Below, piece by piece: positions 54,787 to 64,000 of a stretch of 64,000 nucleotides of DNA (position 1 is the stretch's first letter; each line of letters opens with the position of its first letter). The notes under the pieces are model-generated. The model ran no database searches and was not told where the DNA came from. It saw only the letters and a list, made by a program, of their open reading frames with translations. Both the position numbers and the translations under genes were made by a program. The stretch comes from Candidatus Avelusimicrobium gallicola (GTDB lineage: Bacteria > Elusimicrobiota > Elusimicrobia > Elusimicrobiales > UBA9959): positions 269 to 64,268 of the forward strand of contig DYLH01000005.1 of assembly GCA_020722185.1 (NCBI GenBank). The letters run 5' to 3'.

Positions 54787-56181
54787 TCAAAGAGGCGTTT
54801 CCTCTACTACTATTTTCTCCACATTTTCCGGAGCTTTATTGGTAAATCTGGTATATTCAGGAAGAAAGGTGAGCTCAATTTCCTTAACTGCGCCATTGCG
54901 GTTTTTGGCTATAATTAAAGAGGCCTTGTTTTTGTCTTCATCTTTTCTTGTATAATAATGCTCCCTGTGTATCATGGCGACCACATCTGCATCTTGCTCA
55001 AGAGATCCCGACTCCCTCAGATCTGAAAGCTGAGGTTTATTCCCCTCTCTTGATTTATCCTCGCTTCTTCTGTTTAGCTGAGAAAGAGCCACAACCGGAA
55101 TATTTAGCGTCCTAGCCATATCCTTTAGTAAACGAGATATTTCAGAAACTTCCTGTTGTCTGCTTTCAATCCTTCCTCTGCCACGTATGAGTTGTAAATA
55201 ATCTATTATGACAAGCATCTTGTCAAAATTTGGATCTTTAGCCTTAAGCTCCATCATCAGCTTTCTGGTTCTGGAACGTATCTCCATTATGCTTAAACCG
55301 GGGGTGTCATCTATCCATATCTTTCCTTTACTAAAAACATTTATAACATTTGTAAGAGAATGAAAATCTTCATTTGAAAATCTACCATGCCTGACCCTAC
55401 CTACATTTATTCCTGCAGCAGAACATATCATCCTATTTACAAGAGACATTTTATCCATTTCAAGAGAAAAGAATACGACAGGTATCTTGTGATTTAACTC
55501 AACAGCGGCATGGTAAGCCATGTTGAGTGCTAAAGCAGTCTTTCCCTGAGATGGTCTGGCCGCGAGAATTATGAATTCAGATCTTTGAAAACCGCCTATA
55601 GCTTCATCAAACTCAGTGAAACCGCTTGGGATGCCAGTTATTCCGTGCCTATTGGAATAAAGTTCAGAAAGTCTCTTTGTATAGCTGTCTGAAAGATCAG
55701 CCGCATCAGAAAAACCATGTTCAGTATTTTTTTGGGATATTTCAAAAGCGGATTTCTGAGCATAATCAAGTATTGAATCAAGTTCCTCAGCCTGATCATA
55801 AGCTTTCTCTACAACAGTCGTAGAGGATTTTATAAGCTCCCTCAATATGTATTTTTCTCTGACTATTCTGGCATAATTCTGATTGTGTGCGGGAGTACTG
55901 ACAGCCTCTATCAGATCTGTTATATACTTTCCGCCGCCTATCTGTTCAAGCAATCCCTGTCTCTTAAGTTCTTCAGAGAGTGTAATAAGGTCCACATCCT
56001 TTTTTTTATCTCTCATCGAAATAATAGTTTCAAATATGATCTTATGTTTGTCTGAATAGAAATGTTCTGGCTTAAGTATTTCGCCAACAGCGTCTATACT
56101 GTCTTTGCTTATTATCATAGATCCCAAGACAGCCATTTCAGCTTCAATGGAATTGGGATAAATTTTATTGACGGAACTCAT
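54787..56181 (-). CDS. dnaB: Replicative DNA helicase
   Basis: PNSIEAEMAVLGSMI N-terminus. Walker A ILAARPSQGKTALALN. IIDYLQLI motif. Confidence 0.9.
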   Translation of the reverse strand: MSSVNKIYPNSIEAEMAVLGSMIISKDSIDAVGEILKPEHFYSDKHKIIFETIISMRDKKKDVDLITLSEELKRQGLLEQIGGGKYITDLIEAVSTPAHNQNYARIVREKYILRELIKSSTTVVEKAYDQAEELDSILDYAQKSAFEISQKNTEHGFSDAADLSDSYTKRLSELYSNRHGITGIPSGFTEFDEAIGGFQRSEFIILAARPSQGKTALALNMAYHAAVELNHKIPVVFFSLEMDKMSLVNRMICSAAGINVGRVRHGRFSNEDFHSLTNVINVFSKGKIWIDDTPGLSIMEIRSRTRKLMMELKAKDPNFDKMLVIIDYLQLIRGRGRIESRQQEVSEISRLLKDMARTLNIPVVALSQLNRRSEDKSREGNKPQLSDLRESGSLEQDADVVAMIHREHYYTRKDEDKNKASLIIAKNRNGAVKEIELTFLPEYTRFTNKAPENVEKIVVEETPL

Positions 56182-56235
56182 CAGCCCCTCGCAAAAAACA
56201 AAAAAAGACGCGGGTAGGATTAGAAGAAAAAAATA

Positions 56236-56682
56236 TCAGTTTTGCGCAACCACTGTCACTTTTATTTTTGCCGAAACATCGGCATTCAAATAAACAGAAA
56301 CTTCAAAATTGCCAACTGCCTTTATTGATGAAGGCAAATCTATCATTTCTCTTTTTATTTCCACATCAGCGGCTTTCAAAGACTTAACTATGTCGCCCTT
56401 AGCCACAGAGCCAAACATAATACCATCTTCATTCACTTTTCTAGTAAAAGACAATGTAATCTGAGATATTTTTTCAGCTATAGCTGAAAGAGCTTTATTT
56501 TCTTGTTCTCTTTTCTTTTTTCTTTTATCTTCGGCAGATTTCCATGATTTTATAGCGCCATCAGTGGCGACTTCCGCAATACCTCTGGGAATCAGATAGT
56601 TTCTGGCATAACCATCTTTTACCTGTTTAATATCCCCGGATCTACCCAATGTCCTAAAATCTTTTTTAAGTATAACTTTCAT
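56236..56682 (-). CDS. rplI: 50S ribosomal protein L9
   Basis: MKVILKKDFRTLGRSGDIKQVKDGYARNYLIP. ATG 56682 has AAGGAG 7 nt upstream; the track's TTG at 56700 is unlikely. Confidence 0.9.
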   Translation of the reverse strand: MKVILKKDFRTLGRSGDIKQVKDGYARNYLIPRGIAEVATDGAIKSWKSAEDKRKKKREQENKALSAIAEKISQITLSFTRKVNEDGIMFGSVAKGDIVKSLKAADVEIKREMIDLPSSIKAVGNFEVSVYLNADVSAKIKVTVVAQN

Positions 56683-56696
56683 AAAATCTCCTTTTC

Positions 56697-57008
56697 TCAA
56701 TCATTATATGGCAGCATTGCCAGATTTCTGTTTATCTTTATGGCGCGCGCCAACTGTCTTTGATGTTTGGCGCAGGTTCCTGTCACTTTTCTGGGCAATA
56801 TTCTGCCAGTTTCAGTGCAATAAGGCTTAATCAGGTGAAACTGTTTATAATCCACATGTTTTATTTTCTCGGCGCACAACCTGCAACTCTTTTTCTTGTT
56901 TGAAAAATGTCTTCTGAAAGGCCTTTTGGGCGCAGTGTTCTGAGACGCCGAAGCTGTATTTGATGCCGCAGCCTGATTTTCTGTTTTCATATTATCATTG
57001 TTTTCCAT
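56697..57008 (-). CDS. rpsR: 30S ribosomal protein S18 with N-terminal low-complexity extension
   Basis: CRLCAEKIKHVDYKQFHLIKPYCTETGRILPRKVTGTCAKHQRQLARAIKINRNLAMLPY. Confidence 0.9.
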   Translation of the reverse strand: MENNDNMKTENQAAASNTASASQNTAPKRPFRRHFSNKKKSCRLCAEKIKHVDYKQFHLIKPYCTETGRILPRKVTGTCAKHQRQLARAIKINRNLAMLPYND

Positions 57009-57024
57009 AAACTTCTCCTATTTT

Positions 57025-57468
57025 TTAGAAGGGGGTTTCCTCTTCATTTATTCCGCTGACAGACCCCGGCTCAGCCGAAGTTTCTTCAAGGGACTCATCA
57101 ATTGATTGCTTTTCTTCTCTGGATACTGTCGCCAAAAATTGAACTCTATTAGCCACAATTTTCAAAGTTTTTCTCTTCACTCCGCTCTTATCTGTATACT
57201 CTTCCGAAGCAAGGCGACCTTCTACATGAACAGGACTGCCTTTTTTAAGCTTATCTTTACACCTTTCAGCTATAGATCCCCATGCCACAACAGGAATATA
57301 GGTAACATCGTCTTTCCACTCATTTGACACTTTATCCAGATATCTTCTATTAACAGCCACATCAAAGGAACACACTGCTGTGCCTTTTTGTGTATAAGAT
57401 GAATTAGGATCACGAGTAAGCCTACCAGCTATCATGACAATGTTTTGCTCTGGGAGTTTAATATTCAT
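57025..57468 (-). CDS. ssb: Single-stranded DNA-binding protein
   Basis: OB-fold N-terminus NIVMIAGRLTRDP. Acidic tail ending EEETPF. rpsF-ssb-rpsR synteny. Confidence 0.9.
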   Translation of the reverse strand: MNIKLPEQNIVMIAGRLTRDPNSSYTQKGTAVCSFDVAVNRRYLDKVSNEWKDDVTYIPVVAWGSIAERCKDKLKKGSPVHVEGRLASEEYTDKSGVKRKTLKIVANRVQFLATVSREEKQSIDESLEETSAEPGSVSGINEEETPF

Positions 57469-57770
57469 TATTTATTCACAGTTTCCATCACGGCATTTAT
57501 GATTGAGACCCTCAACACATTTTCCTGCACTTTTAGATTGAAATTTATCTCTTTTATAGAAGATGAGGGCGCTTTGAATTTTATATAGGCGTAGTATCCA
57601 TCTCTGTTCTTCTTTATATCGTGATAAAATCTCTTCCTGCCAAGCAAATCCTCTGTCAGAATTTCGCCCTGATTAGAGGAGATAATTTTCTTTGATTTTT
57701 CCAGCGTTTCTTTTACCTGAGTTTCTGAAAGCTGAGGACTCAATACAAGTATCAATTCATAATTTTTCAT
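57468..57770 (-). CDS. rpsF: 30S ribosomal protein S6
   Basis: MKNYELILVLSPQLSE...GRKRFYHDIKKNRDGYYAYIKF. Confidence 0.9.
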   Translation of the reverse strand: MKNYELILVLSPQLSETQVKETLEKSKKIISSNQGEILTEDLLGRKRFYHDIKKNRDGYYAYIKFKAPSSSIKEINFNLKVQENVLRVSIINAVMETVNK

Positions 57771-57793
57771 AGTGTATTAATTATACCATATTT

Positions 57794-58519
57794 TCAGCGC
57801 ATTTTTTGCAAGGAGCGTCTGGCAGCCGAAAGTTTTTCAGGATCGCCTATATCATGCCAGAGTCCGCTTTCATATTCAAAAAAGGATATTGGCTCCCCTT
57901 TCTTAGATATTTCCAAATAAAGTTCTGTCAGAGAAAATTTTTCTTTTTCAGGAAAAAAGTCGAAGATTTCTGTGGAAAGCAACTGTATTCCGCAAAATGG
58001 CATCTCAGTTTCCTTTTCTGTTGGTCTGGAAATTATTCTTTCTTGAGTTTTCAAATTGCTCCATCCACAAAGCAAACCTTTTTCGTCGAAAATAAATTTT
58101 CTGGAAGATGGACGTTTTTTCACTGCTAAAACTCCTTTGTACTTGTCTTGCGCAAATTTCTTTTTGAGAAAATTTAGATCAAAATCGCATAAAATGTCGC
58201 AATTGTAGACAAAAAAACTCTCATCCCCCTTAAAAAACCATGAAGCTTTTTTCAATCCACCGCCAGTATCGAGCAAATATTTTTCTCTTGAAATTTCCAT
58301 ATCAACGCCAAAATTATTGTTCTTGCGCAAGAATGATTCCACCTTTTCAGCCAGATGCCAGGTGTTTATTATAAACTGAAAAACACCAGCCTTTTTAAGA
58401 GTCAAGATTGACCTCTCAAGCATTGTAATCCCATCTATTTCTATCAGAGGCTTTGGGATTGAATCTGTTATAGGCCTAAGCCTCTCTCCTCTTCCAGCAG
58501 CAAGTATCATAGCTTTCAT
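57794..58519 (-). CDS. Sugar-1-phosphate nucleotidyltransferase (MurU-like)
   Basis: MKAMILAAGRGERLRPITDSIPKPLIEIDG. Start moved to 58519, 1 nt after the upstream stop. Paired with an AmgK-like kinase, as in the MurNAc salvage route. Confidence 0.65.
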   Translation of the reverse strand: MKAMILAAGRGERLRPITDSIPKPLIEIDGITMLERSILTLKKAGVFQFIINTWHLAEKVESFLRKNNNFGVDMEISREKYLLDTGGGLKKASWFFKGDESFFVYNCDILCDFDLNFLKKKFAQDKYKGVLAVKKRPSSRKFIFDEKGLLCGWSNLKTQERIISRPTEKETEMPFCGIQLLSTEIFDFFPEKEKFSLTELYLEISKKGEPISFFEYESGLWHDIGDPEKLSAARRSLQKMR

Positions 58520-58520
58520 A

Positions 58521-59963
58521 TTACTTCCCCAACTCGCGATGAGAAATCTCAACTTTTAATCCTTTTAATCCTTTCAAGGCTGAAGCCAATTTTTCGGCCA
58601 TATACACCGATCTATGCTGGCCTCCAGTACATCCAAAACACACAGATAAATCTGTAAAATTTCTTGATAGATAATTGTCAATCGCCTGAGAAACAAGAGA
58701 AAAGGCGCCATGGGAAAATTTTTCCACTTCAGGGCTTGAAGCTAAATACTTAGCCACATCTCTGTCTTTTCCTGTAAGATTTTTGTATTTTTCTTCCCTA
58801 CCTGGATTTGGCAAGCACCTACAATCGAAAACAAATCCGCCATTGTGACCACTAAAATCCTGAGGGATACCATTCCTATACGAAAAACTGGATATTTTAA
58901 CAGTGAGTCCAAGTTTTTTAGAGCCAAAATTTCTAAGATATGTTGAGGCGACTATTCTTTTGAAAACTCTATTTAGTTCTGGAAGTGTCAAAGGCATTTG
59001 AGCATGCGAAAGCAGCCACTCCATATTCTTTATTACATATGGAACACTTTGAAGGAAATGAGTTTTCTTTTCATAGAAACCTCTCAGGCCATAAGCTCCC
59101 ATTGCCTGCATTAATCTTATATACACGAAAGGATAATAGAATTTTAAAAACTCTTCTTTATCCACAACATTTTTTATCTCAGGCAAATTCAAATAGTAGT
59201 CAAGCAATTCCAACCTTAGCTCAGGGCTTAGATCAGCTTTTGCGTCAAAAAGCAAAGAAGCCACATCATATTGCAAAGCTCCGCGCCGCCCCCCTTGATA
59301 ATCTAAGAAAAAGACTTCTCCATCTTTTACCATTATATTTCTTGACTGAAAATCGCGGTAGAGAAAAAAATCGCTTTTAGCTTGAACAAGCAAATCACAC
59401 AAGAATATGTAATCATCCTCCAATTTTTGTTCATTGAATGATATGCCGCCAAGCTTTACAAAGTAGTACTTGAAATAATTCAAATCCCACAACATTGACT
59501 GTCTGTCAAAAGAAGCGCGAGGATAGCAAAGTTTGAAATTAAAGTTTTTAATGCCATAAACTTGAAATTTAGCCAGATGAAAAAGAGATTTTTTATAGAG
59601 TTCAACTACTTCTGATGTGATGATATTCTCTTTTCTTGATGAACTTATGGCATCAAAAAGTGTGGTATCTCCAAGATCTGTTTCGAGATATATCTTATTA
59701 TTCTCCTCATAGGCATATATCTCAGGTACTGGCATCCCTATGGATTTGAAGTGGCGAGAAAATCCGACAAAGGCATTGTTTTCCAATCTATCGGGGCCAT
59801 AGACTCCGACAATGGAAAAATCGCCTGACTTAATGCGAAACAACTTGCGATTCGAGCCATCCGCTCTTAAATCCAGTATCTCAGAAGGCTTCTTTGAAAA
59901 GGTTTCTGAAAAGAGAGCTGAAAGATCCTTATAACACTTTTCTTTTACCTTTTGTTCAAGCAT
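58521..59963 (-). CDS. Fusion protein: APH-fold sugar kinase (AmgK-like) plus RapZ C-terminal domain
   Basis: Kinase core FLYRDFQSRNIMVKDGEVFFLDYQGGRRGALQYDVASLLFDAK. C-terminal ~140 aa has SFSYRNGIPQD...FDCRCLPNPGREEKYKNLTGKD...GCTGGQHRSVYMAEKLA, matching the conserved RapZ/YvcJ C-domain motifs. Confidence 0.65.
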   Translation of the reverse strand: MLEQKVKEKCYKDLSALFSETFSKKPSEILDLRADGSNRKLFRIKSGDFSIVGVYGPDRLENNAFVGFSRHFKSIGMPVPEIYAYEENNKIYLETDLGDTTLFDAISSSRKENIITSEVVELYKKSLFHLAKFQVYGIKNFNFKLCYPRASFDRQSMLWDLNYFKYYFVKLGGISFNEQKLEDDYIFLCDLLVQAKSDFFLYRDFQSRNIMVKDGEVFFLDYQGGRRGALQYDVASLLFDAKADLSPELRLELLDYYLNLPEIKNVVDKEEFLKFYYPFVYIRLMQAMGAYGLRGFYEKKTHFLQSVPYVIKNMEWLLSHAQMPLTLPELNRVFKRIVASTYLRNFGSKKLGLTVKISSFSYRNGIPQDFSGHNGGFVFDCRCLPNPGREEKYKNLTGKDRDVAKYLASSPEVEKFSHGAFSLVSQAIDNYLSRNFTDLSVCFGCTGGQHRSVYMAEKLASALKGLKGLKVEISHRELGK

Positions 59964-59966
59964 ACT

Positions 59967-61952
59967 TTATTGCTTTGTCTCAGTTTTTTCTGCCTGTGCA
60001 TTGGCACCTATACTTTTGAGGAAAGCATCCATCTGCACTTCTCGCCCAAGAAATTGCTTTACTTGCTCGTTCTCATCCACACTTCCGCCTTTTGAAAGCA
60101 CACAGTCAATATATCTCTTGCCTATTTGGGGATTCAATATTCCCTCTCTTTCAAAAACTGAGAATATATCCGCAGCTATGACTTCACTATACAAATAACT
60201 GTAATATCCCGCCTGATATCCACCCATCAAATGGCCAAAACTGGCTTGAGGGTGAGTGCCTGGCGTCATTGGAATAAAGAATGTTTTTTTCATTAGCTTT
60301 TCATAAAGCGCCGTGGTATCTAATTTGCCATTTTTGGTGTGATACTTTATATCCAGTATGCTAAAAAAAATCTGCCTTAGATAAAAAAGGCCGCTATCCA
60401 TATTTTTGCTGTCTATCAACCTTTTTATTATATCCTCTGGCAATTTTTCACCAGATCTGTAATGAGATGAGATCTTATTCAAAACCTCTGGATAGTAAGC
60501 CCAGTTCTCAAGCATCTTTGAAGGGACTTCAACAAAGTCCATAGCAGTACTTGTCCCAGAAAAACGGCCATACTCTGATTTCGTGAATATATTGTGTGTC
60601 ACATGTCCAAACTCATGAAAGAGTGTGACCACCTCGTCAAATTTTAAAAGTGAAGGGGTATCTTTAGTGGGAGGTGTAAAGTTTGATACAATAGCAGCGG
60701 CTGGAATTTGATATACATTACCCTCCAATCTTCTCCCTTTTCTTATGCCAAAACATGCGGCATGTTTATATTTCCCCTCGCGAGGAAAGAGGTCGAAATA
60801 GAAGTAGGCAAATGTTTTGCCAGAACTATCTTTTACTTCATATGTTCTTACATCACTATGCCATTTATCCAGAGCAGAAGGCTCAAACTTAACACTAAAG
60901 ACTGATCCAAATATGTCAAACATTCCACTTATAACTGTTTCAAGAGGAAAATATTCCTTTATCTTTTCGTGATCAATTGAATATTTCTCCTTTTTTAGAA
61001 GATTGTTGTAGAATCTCCATTCCCAGTTATTCATTGTCTTTTCTTGAGATTGGGAAATTTTCTTTTTCAACTTAAGTCTTTCCTTCAACTCTTTCTTTCC
61101 TTTTTTGAGAACTGCTTTCTTCAAATTTTCAATTAAAGCTAAAACATTTTCAGCATTCTTAGCCATTCTATCGGCCATAGCATAATCCGCAAAAGTTTTA
61201 TATCCCAACATTCTAGCTATTTGCGATCGAAGTTTTATAGCCTTCTCCATAAGAGGAACATTTTTTTCATGGCATCTATTATTGAAAAGGAATTCCATCT
61301 TTTTTCTTGTTTCTGACACACTACAATTATCCATAAGAGGCATATAGTCGGGATAATTAGTTGTAACTATGTATTTGCCATCTTCGCTTTTTTTCAATCT
61401 GCTTTTATAGTCCTCTCCCATACCTTCAAGTTCGGCTTCGCTAAACTGGGCGAAATCAGAAGATTCCCTTAAATTTTTTGAGAACTCAAGCTCTAGATTA
61501 ACCAATTCCTTTAGCATATTTTTAAGCTTTTCTCTTTTCTTATTTTCTAGACCAAGACCATTTTGCTTAAACTCAAAAAGTGTTTTATCCAAAATCCTTT
61601 TTTCCACTTCTCCTATATTCTCGCCCAAGGAGGCATATTCGCTTATGGCTTTGTAGACATCTTCTCTCGTGTAAATATCTATAGAGTACTGGTTTATTTT
61701 AAGCTCTAACTCCTGAGCAGCATTTCTCATCTGCTCATTGTCTGAGACATATGCCATAAATATTGGAATATTAACGTAATCGCTAAAGTCGCTCAGGGCA
61801 TTTTCAAAAGCTGCAACTGTATTGTGAAAATTTCTCTTTTCTTTTGGCATTGAAGCAATCAAGGCAAGTCTTCCTTCAAGAGTTTTTATAGCTGTATCTG
61901 CAACTGAATTGATATGTTCCACAGAAATATTAAAAGCAGGCATCTGATTCAT
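59967..61952 (-). CDS. M3-family zinc oligopeptidase (thimet/Dcp/oligopeptidase A-like)
   Basis: LFHEFGHVTHN HExxH motif; 661 aa; M3A-like layout. Confidence 0.85.
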   Translation of the reverse strand: MNQMPAFNISVEHINSVADTAIKTLEGRLALIASMPKEKRNFHNTVAAFENALSDFSDYVNIPIFMAYVSDNEQMRNAAQELELKINQYSIDIYTREDVYKAISEYASLGENIGEVEKRILDKTLFEFKQNGLGLENKKREKLKNMLKELVNLELEFSKNLRESSDFAQFSEAELEGMGEDYKSRLKKSEDGKYIVTTNYPDYMPLMDNCSVSETRKKMEFLFNNRCHEKNVPLMEKAIKLRSQIARMLGYKTFADYAMADRMAKNAENVLALIENLKKAVLKKGKKELKERLKLKKKISQSQEKTMNNWEWRFYNNLLKKEKYSIDHEKIKEYFPLETVISGMFDIFGSVFSVKFEPSALDKWHSDVRTYEVKDSSGKTFAYFYFDLFPREGKYKHAACFGIRKGRRLEGNVYQIPAAAIVSNFTPPTKDTPSLLKFDEVVTLFHEFGHVTHNIFTKSEYGRFSGTSTAMDFVEVPSKMLENWAYYPEVLNKISSHYRSGEKLPEDIIKRLIDSKNMDSGLFYLRQIFFSILDIKYHTKNGKLDTTALYEKLMKKTFFIPMTPGTHPQASFGHLMGGYQAGYYSYLYSEVIAADIFSVFEREGILNPQIGKRYIDCVLSKGGSVDENEQVKQFLGREVQMDAFLKSIGANAQAEKTETKQ

Positions 61953-62047
61953 AAGACCTCCTAAGTTCTTATAATTCTATCAATTATTTAGCCTTTTTAA
62001 TCAAGAAAGATATTTTTTATAGGCTCCTTATTTAATAACATATATGC

Positions 62048-62833
62048 ATGAAGGAAAAAGAAATCGCTGTCAAAGCTATAACAAAAGCTGGAAGCATAAT
62101 AAAGAAGTATTTTTGTAAAACAAACTATACACTTAAAAGCAGAGCTAATCCTGTGACCATTGCCGATATAGAATCACAGAAAACTATCATAAAGGAGATA
62201 AGCAGAGTTTTTCCAGATCACAAATTTATAGCTGAAGAAAGCGGATTTAAAAAAATTAGCGCAGAAAAGCTCTGGATACTTGACCCTCTGGATGGCACGG
62301 TGAATTATACACATGGATATCCACACTGCGCCATATCTCTGGCTTATATCGTGAAAGATGAGATAATTTTGGGACTTATATACAATCCAATTGAGGATGA
62401 GTTTTTCTACTCAATCAAAGGCAAAGGCGCATTTTTAAATGGCAAGAGGATATATGTCTCAAAGGTAAAGTCCATAAAAGATTCACTTCTAGCTACAGGA
62501 TTTGCCTATGACCGAGCTGAAAAAGCAGATTTTTACTGCTCATTTTATTCTGACTTTATGAAAATTTCACATGATATAAGGAGGGCTGGAGCCGCCTCTC
62601 TGGATATGGCATGGACGGCCTGTGGCAGACTAGATGGATATTGGGAATTCAATCTGAAGCCATGGGATGTGGCGGCTGGCATATTGATTTTATCAGAGGC
62701 AGGCGGGAAGGTAAGCGATTTTAGAGGCAAATCTCTTTTGTTAACCGATATTTTATCTTGGGGCAAGGAAACGCTATGTTCAAACGGGCTTTTGCATAAT
62801 CAGATGCTAAATGTTATAAGGAGAAAATTGTGA
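62048..62833 (+). CDS. suhB: Inositol monophosphatase family protein (SuhB-like)
   Basis: LWILDPLDGTVNYTHGYP and WDVAAGILILSEAGG motifs. Confidence 0.8.
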   Translation: MKEKEIAVKAITKAGSIIKKYFCKTNYTLKSRANPVTIADIESQKTIIKEISRVFPDHKFIAEESGFKKISAEKLWILDPLDGTVNYTHGYPHCAISLAYIVKDEIILGLIYNPIEDEFFYSIKGKGAFLNGKRIYVSKVKSIKDSLLATGFAYDRAEKADFYCSFYSDFMKISHDIRRAGAASLDMAWTACGRLDGYWEFNLKPWDVAAGILILSEAGGKVSDFRGKSLLLTDILSWGKETLCSNGLLHNQMLNVIRRKL

Positions 62834-64000
62834 GGAAAGAAGGCATTCTTCTTTTTCTTTTATCCATTTTGAGCTCTATAGAGCTTTATTTCTATTTCTC
62901 TCCAAACAATCAACATTGGCTTGCTTGGTCTGCTTTTTTGCCTGTGTGGTTTGCAGCGATTAAAGCCAAAAATGGAAAGGAGGCTTTCACTATCTCCTTT
63001 TTTTCTTTTTACATTCTTTATTTCTTTGCGCTTGATTGGATGCGAGATATCTTTTCATGGAAAACATGGATATTCTACGCCATTTTTTCCTTTTGGCCCA
63101 CCATTCACTCTCTTGCGCTTAGAAAGATTTGGACAAAAGCTAAATCTTTTTCTTCCACATCGATATGGATATCTGGCTTTTTAGTCTCAGCATTGTACAC
63201 AGGACTTGAATATTTTAGATGCGAGGTATGGTTTCTCAATTGTCCATGGCTTGCTCTTGGGTATGGCCAAAGCAGCAATCACGCTCTATATCAAGGGATA
63301 GACATATTGGGAGTATTTTCAATTACATTCTTTATAATATTCTTTAACTTTTCCATACTTGCTTTAATCTGCGCCAGAAAGATTTCGCCACTTATTTTTT
63401 CGGTCTTTCTAATGTTAATTCTTACATTTTACGGAGAGAACAAAATTAAAAAGCCTTTTGGCAAAGAATCAATCAAATCTATGCTTGTGCAAGATGAAAG
63501 TTATTCCTTTGAGAGACTTTTCAATATGTCAAAGATCATAAAAGATGAAGACATAATTATATGGCCTGAAAATTCTTTTTTTCTTAAAGAAGGAGAAAGT
63601 ATATTTCAATATCTGGATAAAATATCTGAAACATTTAAAAATAAAAAAATTGGAATACTTGTGCCAGTAGGGATAAAAAAAGAAAAAGATGGCAGAATAA
63701 AAAGGGAAAATTTTGCTATTTTCATGGATACTAAATATTCAAAAAAGCAGATATACAAAAAAATGCATCCTGTTCCCTTTATTGAATCCGGGCTTGACAG
63801 AGGGCCAGAGCCAGAACCTATTGAATACCATTCAAAAAAACTTGGCGTCCAAATATGCTATGACCTAAATTTTGAGAATGGGTCTAGAATACTTGCTCGG
63901 AAAGGCGCTCAAATTATCCTTGCTCCGACAAATGATCCAATAGAGTGGACAGCTAAACAGCAAAGACAGCATGCGGATATGTCATCTGCTAGAGCCATTG
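62830..64000 (+). CDS. lnt: Apolipoprotein N-acyltransferase, 3'-partial (continues beyond the window)
   Basis: Not in the ORF track because no stop is reached. My own translation of the frame starting at GTG 62830 (GTGA overlap with the suhB stop) gives hydrophobic helices and EYFRCEVWFLNCPWLALGYGQS. It also gives the CN-hydrolase triad contexts IIIWPENSF, KKMHPVPFIE and GVQICYDLNF. Confidence 0.8.
   Translation, partial: MRKEGILLFLLSILSSIELYFYFSPNNQHWLAWSAFLPVWFAAIKAKNGKEAFTISFFSFYILYFFALDWMRDIFSWKTWIFYAIFSFWPTIHSLALRKIWTKAKSFSSTSIWISGFLVSALYTGLEYFRCEVWFLNCPWLALGYGQSSNHALYQGIDILGVFSITFFIIFFNFSILALICARKISPLIFSVFLMLILTFYGENKIKKPFGKESIKSMLVQDESYSFERLFNMSKIIKDEDIIIWPENSFFLKEGESIFQYLDKISETFKNKKIGILVPVGIKKEKDGRIKRENFAIFMDTKYSKKQIYKKMHPVPFIESGLDRGPEPEPIEYHSKKLGVQICYDLNFENGSRILARKGAQIILAPTNDPIEWTAKQQRQHADMSSARAI

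Noticed and set aside
62921-63184. 87-aa plus-strand ORF
   Set aside because: It is out of frame with, and fully inside, the lnt reading frame, which has strong family motifs.
1-64000. tRNA, rRNA, tmRNA, riboswitch or CRISPR features in the spacers over 100 nt (10960-11086, 14537-14712, 18106-18336, 21828-22048, 23392-23658, 24334-24594, 48054-48184)
   Set aside because: Reading by eye found no cloverleaf-compatible stems, conserved T-loop (GTTCRANYC) or known riboswitch cores. A covariance-model scan (tRNAscan-SE, Infernal/Rfam) would be needed to exclude them formally.

Overview
AT-rich, very gene-dense bacterial chromosomal segment. Most spacers are under 50 nt and many genes overlap at start/stop by 1-20 nt. 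The organism is a diderm (LptE-like lipoprotein, Lnt, MlaE, Wza-type exporter, prepilin-type protein); the lineage cannot be assigned from sequence alone. Gene order: lptE-like/holA; rpsT; murJ/short uvrC/MGMT-domain; a GNAT/LuxE-like/LuxC::adenylase operon; a lipoprotein; a 1149-aa NHL-FN3-transglutaminase-TPR protein; sdhCAB, class I fumarase, DUF4139 and a pilin-like gene; a secreted HEAT protein with a permuted papain-like amidase. Next comes a ~24.4-kb co-directional minus-strand block (48053 down to 23659). It opens with a 2006-aa coiled-coil protein and two small partners, then runs into Wza/Wzc/Wzy-like/Wzx, methyltransferases, seven glycosyltransferase-type genes, and AsnB-like and WbqC-like genes. 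After that: small hypotheticals; glmU-prs-rplY-pth; rpsF-ssb-rpsR-rplI-dnaB-alr-mlaE; M3 peptidase, an AmgK-like::RapZ-C fusion and a MurU-like gene; suhB-like and lnt, which runs off the window and is absent from the ORF track. I recognised no rRNA, tRNA, CRISPR array, transposase or integrase. Most notable observations: (1) the giant coiled-coil module translationally chained to the polysaccharide export genes; (2) a perfect in-frame 960-bp tandem duplication inside that giant gene; (3) the LuxC/LuxE/GNAT operon; (4) the sugar-kinase::RapZ C-domain fusion; (5) several families of short repeats that occupy nearly all of the long intergenic spacers. All functional calls come from motifs read by eye in the supplied translations. 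No database search was run.
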